A DNA stretch of 44,556 nt from Silvanigrellaceae bacterium (GCA_049423385.1 JBMSQQ010000018.1:1-44556); one strand, 5' to 3'; shown: positions 19,073 through 28,819, numbered from the stretch's first letter. Program-made: numbers and translations. The notes: generated by a model from the sequence alone, not told the origin.

Positions 19073-19621
19073 TCAGAAATTTTGTGAAGGGACGTCCGGT
19101 GCCCAGGAGAGTATCAGTGCGTCATCATCCAGGTGACAAATTCGCACCGGTAAACTGCTTCGCCCAGCCTTCAATTGTCTGCGAACCGAGCTCAGAATCC
19201 CTTCAGATGCCAAGACAACCAAAAAGTATCGGACGTAGGTGCAAACATGAGCAGTGCCATGCTGCCTGCGCAGACGCTGTTCGTGAAATTGAGCCGTCCG
19301 CCACAAATTTCGAATCTGGTGTGGACGAATCAGCGTTCTCAATTGGGCTTCGTCGAAAAGATGACAAAACTGCCTCGCCGAACGCAGGCTCTTGGTTTTA
19401 ATCTCGGCGATGCAGATGTCTATTCGATCAAACTTGTCCTCGAATCTCCTGAGAAACAAACGATCTATTTCTCCTCCCGGAATCCGTATGTTTTTTTCGG
19501 GACAAGTCCAACCCATGCTGCTCAACCAGGACTCAACTCTTTGCTCGCCTTTCCTCCCCGACCTTGTGCTCAATTTCACACTCCTCTTTCGAACAGTTAT
19601 GTCAGAGCGCGCATGCTTCAA
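19073..19621 (-). CDS. YraN/UPF0102-like PD-(D/E)XK nuclease-fold protein with C-terminal extension
   Basis: GRKGEQRVESWL..GW...KNIRIPGGEID..IAEIKTK matches the YraN G..GE/N.R...GEID/EVK pattern; start uncertain. Confidence 0.6.
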   Translation of the reverse strand: MKHARSDITVRKRSVKLSTRSGRKGEQRVESWLSSMGWTCPEKNIRIPGGEIDRLFLRRFEDKFDRIDICIAEIKTKSLRSARQFCHLFDEAQLRTLIRPHQIRNLWRTAQFHEQRLRRQHGTAHVCTYVRYFLVVLASEGILSSVRRQLKAGRSSLPVRICHLDDDALILSWAPDVPSQNF

Positions 19622-19639
19622 AAAAGATCATTGCGGGGC

Positions 19640-19900
19640 AATCGATGCATCATTTGTCTACAAATTTCCGGTCGGTTACAGATTTTTTTCTGGCCCAGTT
19701 GACCCGGTCGATCGGCAGTGTTATCCACGGCGTCCGACCATGGAAAACCCACTTTATTTGGGTGAGCTACAGCCTGTTGACAGTCTGTGGATAAGTGCTT
19801 TTTAAGAGTGCAAAACCCCAATTCAATCATGTTAATATTACGCGTTTTTTTGGTGCTTTTTTTATTTTTTGCAAATAAGAAAAGCATTGTTGATAACTCT
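19640..19900. promoter_or_regulatory. DnaA-box cluster with AT-rich tract (candidate oriC or DnaA-binding locus)
   Basis: TTATCCACG 19721-19729, perfect TGTGGATAA 19786-19794, TGTTGATAA 19888-19896; weaker TTGTCTACA 19654-19662 and TGTTGACAG 19775-19783; AT-rich ~19799-19885. Confidence 0.6.
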
Positions 19901-19923
19901 GAATGCACAGGTCAAAAGCAAAC

Positions 19924-20532
19924 ATGACAAACCCCCAAATCTCACACCCCAGTCAGCTGAACGACGACGTCTTTTTTACGACGCTCCAGGAACTACAAAG
20001 CGCTTGCCAGCGATTCAACGAGACGTGTTCGCCCCAGAGGCAACTGCATCTCAGGGACTTCTGGTTTGTGATTGAGGATGGTCAGTCGTGCTTGGATTTA
20101 TTCGTTGAACCCCATCCAGGCCATTCAGGGCCTGGACCGTTTCCCGAACCCGACCAGGCCATCAGCCTCGATGAGTGCTACCCGCTCCACCAATACCTCC
20201 TGGAATCTGGAGCTCTGGACAACTTTGCGGATGCAATCAGCATCAGAGTCGGCTCCCTTGGCATGGAACCACCGTTGCGGACAATTGCTCACTTTGAGTC
20301 CGCAAAGGGCCATTTTGTGACATTGAAAACATGGACAAAGCGACAGGGACGGGATAGGTTCAAAATGATTCTGGACGATGTGAAAGCAGACGTCGCCAAT
20401 CCCACGCTTCTGCTGCGAGAGGGCTCGGAACTGACCGAAATCCCACTTTCAGCCGTCAAGTTTGCCCAGGCACTCCTTGAAAAACCAAAGGCAGCCAAAG
20501 CAAACGCGCCGAGAAAATCGAAGCGCGGGTAG
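19924..20532 (+). CDS. rimP: Ribosome maturation factor RimP (divergent)
   Basis: ISLDEC, RVGSLGMEPPLRTIAHF..G aligns with RimP EVSSPG.DRPL....F; canonical position upstream of nusA. Confidence 0.75.
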   Translation: MTNPQISHPSQLNDDVFFTTLQELQSACQRFNETCSPQRQLHLRDFWFVIEDGQSCLDLFVEPHPGHSGPGPFPEPDQAISLDECYPLHQYLLESGALDNFADAISIRVGSLGMEPPLRTIAHFESAKGHFVTLKTWTKRQGRDRFKMILDDVKADVANPTLLLREGSELTEIPLSAVKFAQALLEKPKAAKANAPRKSKRG

Positions 20533-20600
20533 CTGGCGTTAGCCTTTTTTATCGTTATATTACATTTGGTTAGGCTGATTTTCCCAAAAATGGGTGACAA

Positions 20601-20640
20601 CCAGGGGAGGCAGGGATATAGCGCCCTGCGAAGACACTGG
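20601..20640 (+). ncRNA. Putative kink-turn stem-loop in the nusA 5' leader
   Basis: CCAG/CTGG and CAGGG/CCCTG stems flank tandem G.A/A.G pairs and a GAA bulge; predicted by hand. Confidence 0.4.
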
Positions 20641-20668
20641 AAAATCCCGATTGTCGAGGGTGAGCAAC

Positions 20669-22285
20669 ATGCAAATTGATCTGAAGCGAGTCATTGAAAC
20701 TGTTGGCAAAGAAAAGAACATCGATCGCGAACTGCTGATTGGTGCACTCAAGGATGCCATCATCACGGCTGCAAAGAAGTTTTTCGGTGACTGCGTTTTC
20801 GAAGCCAAGTTCAACGAAGAAACAGAGGAAGTGGAATTGCTCCGTTTCCGTGTTGTGGTGCCAGACGATCAATACACAAATGAATTCCGTGAAATCAAAT
20901 TCAGCGATGCACAGAGCATGGATGAATCGCTTCAATTGGGCGATGAAATTGGCGAGGCTCTGCCAACCGACCAGCTCGGACGAATTGCTGCACAAGCCGC
21001 CAAGCAGGTGATCGTTCAAAAGATGCAGGAAGCTGAAAAAGAGAAGATTGTGCGTGACTTCCGCGACCGCAAGGCACAACTCGTGACGGGTCAAGTGAAG
21101 CGCTACGACAAACAGGACCTCATCATCGACTTGGGATCGTGCGAAGGCGTCTTGCCAATGCGCGAACAAATTCCGCTTGAAAAGTTCAAGCTGCGCGACA
21201 AGATCACTTGCTATGTCCTGGATGTTAAAAAATCGACTCGTGGTCCACAGGTGATTCTCAGCCGAGCACACCCAGAGATGCTGGTGCGCTTGTTTGAACA
21301 AGAAGTCACCGAAATTGCCGAGGGTATAGTCATTATTCAAAGTGCAGCCCGCGATCCGGGAAGCCGCTCCAAAATCGCCGTGTACAGCACCGAACAGTCT
21401 GTAGACCCCGTGGGTGCCTGCGTGGGTGTCAAGGGTTCACGCGTGCAGATGGTGGTTCAGGAACTGCGCGGCGAGAAGATCGACATCATTCCATTCGATC
21501 GCGATCCGGCTCGTTTTGTTTGCAATGCCCTTGCACCTGCTGAAGTTTCAAAAGTGATTGTCAACGAACGCGTTCATACAATGGAAGTCGTGGTACCAGA
21601 CGATCACCTCTCCCTTGCGATTGGCCGCCGTGGCCAAAATGTTCGCCTGGCAGCCCAATTGACAGGCTGGAAGGTGGACATCCGCTCGGAAAGCAAGATG
21701 CGTGAACTCGTTCAGGAATACAAAGCTGTCCTTGCGCAGATTCCCTCGCTGGGAGAAATGCGGGCAGAGATTCTTGTAAACGAAGGCTACAAGGATCCAA
21801 CCGACGTGGCCCGGATGGAAGCCAAGATGCTGAGCAAGTTGCTTCGCTTGTCTCCTGAAGAAGCTGAGGTCGTCGTCGCCGGTGCCAAGGAACTTTCCGA
21901 TAAATTGGCGGCAAACAAGAAAACTGAAATCGATGTTGATTCCGAATTTGATGCTCTCGAATTGACCGGAGCTCTGAGCGGTTCCAACTTTGATGCAGCG
22001 GCAGAAGCATCGGCATTGGATGACCTTGTCGCCAAATCACGCCCTGCCGCCCAGCTTGACCCGGAGAAAGTCGATCCTCGTCTGGTTCCAAGCGAAGTCC
22101 TTCATTACTGGATGAAACTCCGCGGTGTTGGTGAATACACTGCCGCAGTGCTTCATACCGCCGGATTCAGCGACTACTCGGCACTTGCTCAGGCAACTCC
22201 GGAAGACATCGCAGTGCGTACCGGATTGCCATACAAATTCTCAGGGAAAATTCATGCTGAAACTGCCAAAATCGTTGGAGGCTGA
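20669..22285 (+). CDS. nusA: Transcription termination factor NusA with C-terminal HhH-like extension
   Basis: GRIAAQAAKQVI, ARDPGSRSKIAV, GACVGVKGSRV, SLAIGRRGQNVRLA; start at ATG 20669 after GAGGGTGAG. Confidence 0.97.
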   Translation: MQIDLKRVIETVGKEKNIDRELLIGALKDAIITAAKKFFGDCVFEAKFNEETEEVELLRFRVVVPDDQYTNEFREIKFSDAQSMDESLQLGDEIGEALPTDQLGRIAAQAAKQVIVQKMQEAEKEKIVRDFRDRKAQLVTGQVKRYDKQDLIIDLGSCEGVLPMREQIPLEKFKLRDKITCYVLDVKKSTRGPQVILSRAHPEMLVRLFEQEVTEIAEGIVIIQSAARDPGSRSKIAVYSTEQSVDPVGACVGVKGSRVQMVVQELRGEKIDIIPFDRDPARFVCNALAPAEVSKVIVNERVHTMEVVVPDDHLSLAIGRRGQNVRLAAQLTGWKVDIRSESKMRELVQEYKAVLAQIPSLGEMRAEILVNEGYKDPTDVARMEAKMLSKLLRLSPEEAEVVVAGAKELSDKLAANKKTEIDVDSEFDALELTGALSGSNFDAAAEASALDDLVAKSRPAAQLDPEKVDPRLVPSEVLHYWMKLRGVGEYTAAVLHTAGFSDYSALAQATPEDIAVRTGLPYKFSGKIHAETAKIVGG

Positions 22286-22748
22286 TGAGCGCGCGAACCA
22301 GATTCGCGCGCGTCTCGGCAAAAACCTGAAACGCTTGTGGAGCGAGGGTCGGATCGAAGTTCCGACCCTCGAACTCAATTTGGGATTGGAAAAGGCTTTG
22401 TCCCTTTCGCGACGGGCAGGTCAGCTGCGCGGAGGCCTGGAAAACATCGAAGCATGTTTGCGGCGGGAACAACAGGGGCTCGACGCCCTCAAAAGCCGAA
22501 AGCTCGCTCAGGACTCGGGCAGGATCAGCCGGATACTCCTGATGAGTTCGGATGGCTCCGAACGGTTTTATCGACATTGCGAAGCATTGCTCACCGAGCA
22601 CGCCGATCGCCTTGTCGGCATTCGTTTGAACATCCTCAGCCAAAATCTGGGGCAAAAATTCTTTGGCAAAGATGCACAGGTCAAGGCGGTCTTGGTCACA
22701 CACAAAGATTTCGTTTCGAAGGCTCTCGAATCCCTAGCTGAATCTTGA
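22254..22748 (+). CDS. L7Ae/L30e-family RNA-binding protein (YlxQ-like)
   Basis: LSLSRRAGQLRGG..ILLMSSDGS..LGQKFFGK..AVLVTHKDF resembles YlxQ; occupies the nusA-infB position; ATG 22254 overlaps the nusA end. Confidence 0.7.
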   Translation: MLKLPKSLEADERANQIRARLGKNLKRLWSEGRIEVPTLELNLGLEKALSLSRRAGQLRGGLENIEACLRREQQGLDALKSRKLAQDSGRISRILLMSSDGSERFYRHCEALLTEHADRLVGIRLNILSQNLGQKFFGKDAQVKAVLVTHKDFVSKALESLAES

Positions 22749-22829
22749 GAAAGCTGTTAAGGGTCCAGTGGTCATCGAGAGAATCGGAACCCTGCAGTGC
22801 ACGCGGGGTCTATTGGGAGCGGAGATTGG

Positions 22830-25800
22830 ATGAGCCGTTTGAGGGTATTGGACATCGCAAAAGAGCTTAAGCTCGACACTAAAACAGTCATTGCGAAGCT
22901 GCAGGACTTGGGAATCCAGGTCAAAAATCATTTCAACGCGATTTCTGATATCGAAGCCGACAAGCTGCGTTCATATCTGCGCTCGGGAAAAAACCCGGAG
23001 AAGGATTCTGCTGCGAAGCCGTCGGCAAAGGTGGTCATTCGACGCAGGACAGAATCTGCACAGGAAGCACCTGTTTCTGAACAAGCAGAAGCACCAGCCG
23101 AAGCTGCACATGCGGTTGCCCTTGCAACTCCAGAGGCCGAGAAGCTGCAATCAACTCCTGCTGCCTCGGTTGAACCGTCGTTGCCGACGAGAGAAACTGT
23201 CGCTGTAAGTTCCACGTCATCGGCTTCGGTTGAAACCGAAGTTGTACAAATTCAAACGACCAAACAAAGCGAAACGGAGAAGACTGCGGTTGCTTCTGCA
23301 AAGACTATTGAAGCCGCCGAAACTCCTTCTGCCAGCGCAACTGTGACGCCATCCCATTCGGCGGTGAATCAGGCTACTGCAGCTCCTTCCACGGGTGCAA
23401 CAGTGGTCAGACCAGCAACCCCGCCCATCAGCGCCACAATCATCCGACGCGCAGACCCAACCCCGGCGAGCAGCTCAGCCGGAGGCCCAAGACAATATTC
23501 ACCAGGCGGACCCGTGCCGGCAGGTCAGAGACCATCACCTCGTGATGGTCAATATGGCGGGCCACAACCACGCTCAGATCGCAATTCGTATCAACGTGGC
23601 GAACAAGGTGGATATCATCGTCCAGAAGGTGCTGGTCCAGGGGGATACTCGGGTCCTCGCTCACAAGATTCAGAGGGCCGCGGAGGATTCGGTGGACCCC
23701 GTCCTGCGGGTGCAGGCGGATTTGGCGGACCACGTCCTGCGGGAGCAGGCGGTGGCTTTGGTGGACCACGCCCTGCCGGAGCTGGCGGTGGATTCGGTGG
23801 ACCTCGTCCTGCAGGTGCGGGCGGTGGATTCGGCGGGCCTCGTGGACCTGGCGCTCCAGGAGGAGCCGGCTTTGGCGCGTCGTCAGACGTCTCGCCAATC
23901 GGCAAGGAAACAACACGTGGACGTGACAAGGACAAAGAACACGAAATTCGTCGGCGTCGCATGCAAGACGAAGAAGAAAGCCGCAAGGCGCGAGCAAAGA
24001 ATGCTCGTGGAGCTGAAGGTGATGAGTTTTTTGATGAAGAAATCTATTTCGGCGCTGAAGGTGAATCCTCTGGCTCGGAAGAATCCGTAAGCCAAGTCCG
24101 GACGGTGATTCTTCCGAATCGCCGCCGCGGCTCAGCTCCATCGCGAAAGCGCGAAGACAAGCGCGCGGAGCAGGCAAATCCAATGAAAGCGTCGAAGCGA
24201 ATTGTGCGCGTCGACGAATCGATCTCGGTTGCCGACCTTGCTGGCGAGATGAGCATCAAGAGCTCTGCCATCATCAAGGTACTGATGAAACTTGGCATGA
24301 TGGCGGGCGTCAATCAGCAGTTGGACGTTGAAACAGCAACCTTGGTTGCCAATGAATTCGATTTCGAAGTTCAGAACACTTCAGTCAGTCTGACCGACAT
24401 CTTGAACACCAAAAAGACGGCAAAGACCGACTCGGCGCAGGCGGCTGTCGTCTTGCGCGCGCCCATCGTTACGATCATGGGCCACGTCGACCACGGAAAA
24501 ACCTCTTTGCTTGATGCCATTCGCTCTGCGGAAGTTGCAGCAGGCGAGGCCGGCGGCATCACACAGCACATCGGTGCATATCAAATTGAACACAATGGTC
24601 GTCACATCACGTTCCTCGACACGCCGGGCCACGAAGCCTTCACCAGCATGCGTGCGCGCGGTGCCCAGGTGACAGACATCGTGATTCTGGTTGTGGCCGG
24701 CGACGATGGAGTCATGCCACAAACAGTTGAAGCGATTTCTCATGCCAAGGCTGCAGGAGTCCCCATCATTGTTGCCGTCAACAAGATGGACAAACCCGGT
24801 GCCAGCATGGAGAAAATCCAACGCGAACTCGCACAGCACAACGTCACTCCCGAAGAATGGGGCGGCGACGCGATGTTCGTTCCTGTGTCTGCAAAGACAA
24901 AGCAAGGTATTGCAGATCTTCTGGAAGCCCTGCTCCTCCAATCTGAAGTCTTGGACTTGAAGGCGCCAAAAGAAGGACTCGCTGCTGGTGTTGTGATCGA
25001 AGCAAAGCTCGACAAGTCTCGCGGCCCAGTTGCCACGGTCATTGTTACAAGCGGTACTCTCAATCAGGGTGATTGCATCGTTGCCGGACTGGCATACGGA
25101 CGTGTACGCGCCATGTTTGATGACAAGGGCAATCGCTTGAGTATGGCTCTGCCAGCAACACCGGTGGAAATCATCGGCTTGTCGGAAGTGCCTGCTGCGG
25201 GCGACCAGTTCAACTGCGTTGTCAACGAAAGCATTGCAAAAGAAGCTGTTGCTTACCGGGTTGAGAAACACCGCCAAAAAGAACTTGCAGGCAAGCCCAA
25301 GGCAACCCTTGAAGATTTCCTGGCAAAACTGGGCGAGGACTCAAGCAAGCCCAAGGAAATGCCAATCATCCTCAAGGCAGACACGCATGGATCGGTTGAA
25401 GCGATCCGCGCAAGCTTGCAGAAGCTCGACACAGAGAAAGTCAAAAACAGGATTATTCACTCTGCGGTTGGTGGAATTACGGAAACGGACGTCACTTTGG
25501 CAGAAGCTTCCGGAGCAACGATTCTTGGCTTCAACGTTCGCCCGGACAAGTTGTCAAACGCAGCTGCCGAAGAACGCGGCGTCGAGATCCAGTGCTTCAG
25601 CATCATCTATCAACTCATCGAAACCGTTGAAAAACTGATGGCTGGCAAGCTGGCCCCGGTCAAGACGGAAAAAGTGCTTGGCCATGCAGAAGTGCGCAAC
25701 CTGTTCTCGGTTCCGAAAATCGGAGTCATTGCCGGTACAGCCATCACCGATGGCAAAGTTACCCGCAACTCGCACATTCGTGTTGTGCGCGACGGTATCG

Positions 25801-25967
25801 TGGTCTACACGGGCCGCATCGGTTCGCTGAAGCGCTTCAAGGATGATGCCAAGGAAGTCCTTCAGGGATTCGAATGTGGTATTGGTGTTGAAAACTACAA
25901 CGACCTCAAGGTCGGGGATGTGCTCGAGTCCTTCGTGATCGAAGAGACCGCTGCCACCCTCCACTGA
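22830..25967 (+). CDS. infB: Translation initiation factor IF-2
   Basis: IF2_N (RVLDIAKEL), [35 protein letters not shown] before ATG 22830. Confidence 0.98.
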   Translation: MSRLRVLDIAKELKLDTKTVIAKLQDLGIQVKNHFNAISDIEADKLRSYLRSGKNPEKDSAAKPSAKVVIRRRTESAQEAPVSEQAEAPAEAAHAVALATPEAEKLQSTPAASVEPSLPTRETVAVSSTSSASVETEVVQIQTTKQSETEKTAVASAKTIEAAETPSASATVTPSHSAVNQATAAPSTGATVVRPATPPISATIIRRADPTPASSSAGGPRQYSPGGPVPAGQRPSPRDGQYGGPQPRSDRNSYQRGEQGGYHRPEGAGPGGYSGPRSQDSEGRGGFGGPRPAGAGGFGGPRPAGAGGGFGGPRPAGAGGGFGGPRPAGAGGGFGGPRGPGAPGGAGFGASSDVSPIGKETTRGRDKDKEHEIRRRRMQDEEESRKARAKNARGAEGDEFFDEEIYFGAEGESSGSEESVSQVRTVILPNRRRGSAPSRKREDKRAEQANPMKASKRIVRVDESISVADLAGEMSIKSSAIIKVLMKLGMMAGVNQQLDVETATLVANEFDFEVQNTSVSLTDILNTKKTAKTDSAQAAVVLRAPIVTIMGHVDHGKTSLLDAIRSAEVAAGEAGGITQHIGAYQIEHNGRHITFLDTPGHEAFTSMRARGAQVTDIVILVVAGDDGVMPQTVEAISHAKAAGVPIIVAVNKMDKPGASMEKIQRELAQHNVTPEEWGGDAMFVPVSAKTKQGIADLLEALLLQSEVLDLKAPKEGLAAGVVIEAKLDKSRGPVATVIVTSGTLNQGDCIVAGLAYGRVRAMFDDKGNRLSMALPATPVEIIGLSEVPAAGDQFNCVVNESIAKEAVAYRVEKHRQKELAGKPKATLEDFLAKLGEDSSKPKEMPIILKADTHGSVEAIRASLQKLDTEKVKNRIIHSAVGGITETDVTLAEASGATILGFNVRPDKLSNAAAEERGVEIQCFSIIYQLIETVEKLMAGKLAPVKTEKVLGHAEVRNLFSVPKIGVIAGTAITDGKVTRNSHIRVVRDGIVVYTGRIGSLKRFKDDAKEVLQGFECGIGVENYNDLKVGDVLESFVIEETAATLH
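23682..23843 (+). repeat. Coding tandem repeat in infB: five GGFGGPR(PAGA/PAGAG) units
   Basis: 33-36 nt units differing mainly at synonymous positions. Confidence 0.9.
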
Positions 25968-25976
25968 GTGGTTGAT

Positions 25977-26007
25977 AAACACCGGGCCCAGAGCCCGGTG
26001 TTTTGTT
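25977..26007 (+). terminator. Intrinsic terminator-like hairpin between infB and rbfA
   Basis: AAACACCGGGC-CCAGA-GCCCGGTGTTT, continuing TGTT. Confidence 0.7.
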
Positions 26008-26025
26008 CTGAGCCGGAGAATTTTT

Positions 26026-26427
26026 GTGTCCTCTAAGCGTATTCTTCAAGTTGGTGAACAGATTCGCGAACACATCGCCATGATGCTCATCCGCGGTGAA
26101 CTTTCGGATCCCCGTTTGAAAAACATCACGATCAATGCCGTGCGCGTGTCTCCAGATTTGCAGCTTGCAAAAATCTACTACAGCGTCATGGGCAATGAGA
26201 CGGAACGGGCAGCAGTCGACAAAGGACTCAAGCAGGCCAGCGGATTTGTGCGCCGCTCACTCGGTGAAACGCTTGGAATGCGTTACACGCCGGTGGTTCA
26301 TTTTTATTACGACGAATCCATCGCCCGCGCAGCCCGTATTTCTGAACTGATCGAAACGATCAAACAAGAAGACGCACAAGCAGACAACTTGAATCCAGGA
26401 TCGCCGGGCAATTCCGACAAAGAGTGA
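26026..26427 (+). CDS. rbfA: Ribosome-binding factor A
   Basis: DPRL..ITINAVRVSPDLQLAKIY, GFVR, MRYTP..FYYD; GTG start after GGAG. Confidence 0.95.
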   Translation: MSSKRILQVGEQIREHIAMMLIRGELSDPRLKNITINAVRVSPDLQLAKIYYSVMGNETERAAVDKGLKQASGFVRRSLGETLGMRYTPVVHFYYDESIARAARISELIETIKQEDAQADNLNPGSPGNSDKE

Positions 26428-26510
26428 TCAACGTCAGCGTGCGCTTCCTGGCACTGGCCCGGAGTCTCACATTCTGCCAAGCAACCCATTGCCCGACACT
26501 GGATGCGAAA

Positions 26511-27500
26511 ATGTCCCTGATATTGATCGACAAGCCTGAAGGCCCCACAAGTCATGCCGTGGTGGCCACCATCAAAAGAGCACTCAAAGCTGAAAAGGTC
26601 GGCCATCTTGGCACGCTTGACCCTTTCGCCTCCGGACTTCTTCCGGTGATGATCGGCAACACTGCACGCTTGTCGGACGAAGCCATGGACGGAAAAAAAG
26701 GATACCTTTTCACCATCAGCTTTGGTCGGGAGACAGATACGCTGGATCACACCGGTCGAGTTGTTGCCGAAGAAAACCTGCCGGATCAGGAATCCATCTC
26801 ACGCATCGCGGAGCTACTGCAGAAGTTCACAGGCCTCATCGAGCAGGTTCCGCCAGCATATTCAGCCCTGAAGCACAACGGAATGCCGCTCTACGAATAC
26901 ATGCGGGCAACCGGAAAATTGCCAATGGACATCGAAAGCAAACGCCGCAGTGTCACCGTCCATTCGCTTGAAATGGTCGAGGCTGGCACAGAGCATCTGA
27001 CTTTGCGGGTTGTTTGTTCAAAAGGGACCTACGTCCGCTCATTGGCGCGCGACATCGCCCGAACTCTGGGGAGTGTTGGGACCTGCACAAAACTAAGACG
27101 AGAGTTGGTCGAACCTTGGCATGTCAGGGACGCGTTGAAACTTGAACTTGACGAAAGCGGCAGGATAGCGGCTCCGTCGGAGTCTTTGCTGCTGGAAAGA
27201 AGCTTGCCTGCCTGGAGCGTGGCACCAACGCTGCCACGTGCGCGTTTGCAGGACTCACTGGAAGCAAAACTCATCTCTGGGAACCCAATCAGTCTTCCAG
27301 AAAGTGAATTCACATGGGAAAAGGGCTCAATTGAATCCTTATCGACAACACCCCCCGCGGTTGCAAACATTGCATTCAATGAATCCGCGAATGAATGCAT
27401 CAAGGTCTTTGCCAGTTGCAAAGAAACACTCTTTTTGTGTGAACTGAAGCGAGGCGAGCAAAATCTGCTCAAGCTTCAACCCCGAAAGCGGATTCACTGA
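26511..27500 (+). CDS. truB: tRNA pseudouridine(55) synthase
   Basis: DKPEGPTSH, KVGHLGTLDPFASG, QVPPAYSALK, CSKGTYVRSL; start set at ATG 26511. Confidence 0.95.
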   Translation: MSLILIDKPEGPTSHAVVATIKRALKAEKVGHLGTLDPFASGLLPVMIGNTARLSDEAMDGKKGYLFTISFGRETDTLDHTGRVVAEENLPDQESISRIAELLQKFTGLIEQVPPAYSALKHNGMPLYEYMRATGKLPMDIESKRRSVTVHSLEMVEAGTEHLTLRVVCSKGTYVRSLARDIARTLGSVGTCTKLRRELVEPWHVRDALKLELDESGRIAAPSESLLLERSLPAWSVAPTLPRARLQDSLEAKLISGNPISLPESEFTWEKGSIESLSTTPPAVANIAFNESANECIKVFASCKETLFLCELKRGEQNLLKLQPRKRIH

Positions 27501-27509
27501 GAAGTCGAC

Positions 27510-28265
27510 TCAGAGGAGTCGAATCGATCGCCTGATGCTGTCGACATCATCATCCGTCAAAGGATTCCCTGCTATTCCCAAGCTCGACAGCATGGAAAGC
27601 TCCTTGATTGGCTTGAGTGACATGATGCGATTCTCACGCACATCCAGCTCGTCAAGGTCACGCAAATCCTCAAGACCTTCCAGGGAGGTGAGCGCGTTGC
27701 GACGCAGGCGCAGCACCCGCAAGCTCTTGCGTTTTGCAATTGGCCCTGCATCTGCAACCATGTTTTGCGACAGGTCCAACAATCTGAGTTTCTCGAGCCC
27801 GGCAAAAGGCTTCAAGGTGGTCAGGCTGTTTTCAGCAAAGTTAATCTCACGCAATTTCGACAACGAAGCTGCAAAATCGACGTTGCGAAGCTTGTTCCGA
27901 CGTGCCGAGAGAACTTCGAGTTCAGAAAATCCCGCGAGCCAATCCAAAGACTCCAGGTCGAGTTCATCAACATGAAGCGCTTTCAAGGAAGTCAGACCCT
28001 TGAGGGGATCAAGACTTACGACGCGGCTGCCGTTGAGTTTGACGCCCGTCACGGTTGGCATTTTCGAAAGCACCGACAAATCCAACGCCCATTGGCGCTT
28101 CATCCACGGGTCCACCGACAAATCGAAAAGATCCAACTGTGCAAGCTTTGCCAAAGCTTCCTCGTTCGAGGAGGCACGCACAAGCTTGCGGATCAATTTG
28201 GCTGTTTGAATCGCGGGATCCTGACTTGCCTCTGCTTCCCACATGGCAAAGAGTTCTGCACTCAT
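27510..28265 (-). CDS. Cytoplasmic internalin-like leucine-rich repeat protein
   Basis: 22-aa LxxLxLxxNxL repeats (e.g. LRLLDLSQNMV, LRVLRLRRNAL); no signal peptide; ATGA overlap with orn. Confidence 0.85.
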   Translation of the reverse strand: MSAELFAMWEAEASQDPAIQTAKLIRKLVRASSNEEALAKLAQLDLFDLSVDPWMKRQWALDLSVLSKMPTVTGVKLNGSRVVSLDPLKGLTSLKALHVDELDLESLDWLAGFSELEVLSARRNKLRNVDFAASLSKLREINFAENSLTTLKPFAGLEKLRLLDLSQNMVADAGPIAKRKSLRVLRLRRNALTSLEGLEDLRDLDELDVRENRIMSLKPIKELSMLSSLGIAGNPLTDDDVDSIRRSIRLL

Positions 28266-28801
28266 GGTGCGACTCCCAACTTTGAGTAATCAAGGAAGGA
28301 CAAGTAATACTTGAATTCCGAAATCGACTCCTCGATATCTCCCAATGCCTCGTGGCGATTTTGCTTTTTGAACTTGAGGCCAAAGGCATTCTCAAACACG
28401 ATTTTGAACGAAGAAACATCGAGCATGCGGTAGTGCAGTTTTGCAGCGAACTTCGGTAAATACAAATCGACAAATTTTCGGTCCTGACCAATCGAATTGC
28501 CGCACAAAACGATTTTTTCGTCTGGCTTGAAGTATTCGTTTGCCAAAGCACACAACGCTTCGTCAAGTTCGCTTTCCTTGAGACCTGCCGGGACCCGCGC
28601 CAACAAACCGCTCCCGGTGTGGGTTTTCACACACCAGTCATCCATCTTTGCCAGTTCGTTCTCTGGTTGAAAAACTGCACTGGAAAATGTTTTCAGATTA
28701 TCGAGCTTCCAGTTTGTCACAAGCACTGCGGCTTCAAGGATGCGATGATTTTGTGGCTCAAGTCCGGTCATTTCCATATCGAGCCAAAACAGGTTCTTCA
28801 T
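28262..28801 (-). CDS. orn: Oligoribonuclease
   Basis: WLDMEMTGL, HTGSGL, LCGNSIGQDRKF, HYRMLDVSS, HEALGDI (DEDDh). Confidence 0.95.
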   Translation of the reverse strand: MKNLFWLDMEMTGLEPQNHRILEAAVLVTNWKLDNLKTFSSAVFQPENELAKMDDWCVKTHTGSGLLARVPAGLKESELDEALCALANEYFKPDEKIVLCGNSIGQDRKFVDLYLPKFAAKLHYRMLDVSSFKIVFENAFGLKFKKQNRHEALGDIEESISEFKYYLSFLDYSKLGVAP

Positions 28802-28819
28802 CCAACTTCTCCCAGGCCT

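Noticed and set aside
19815..19845. Possible IHF site and DnaA-trios in the candidate origin
   Set aside because: Several mismatches to WATCAANNNNTTR and no clear trio repeat.
23682..23843. GC-rich ~35-bp repeats as a possible CRISPR array
   Set aside because: No spacers, in-frame within infB, degenerate at third codon positions, and no cas genes.
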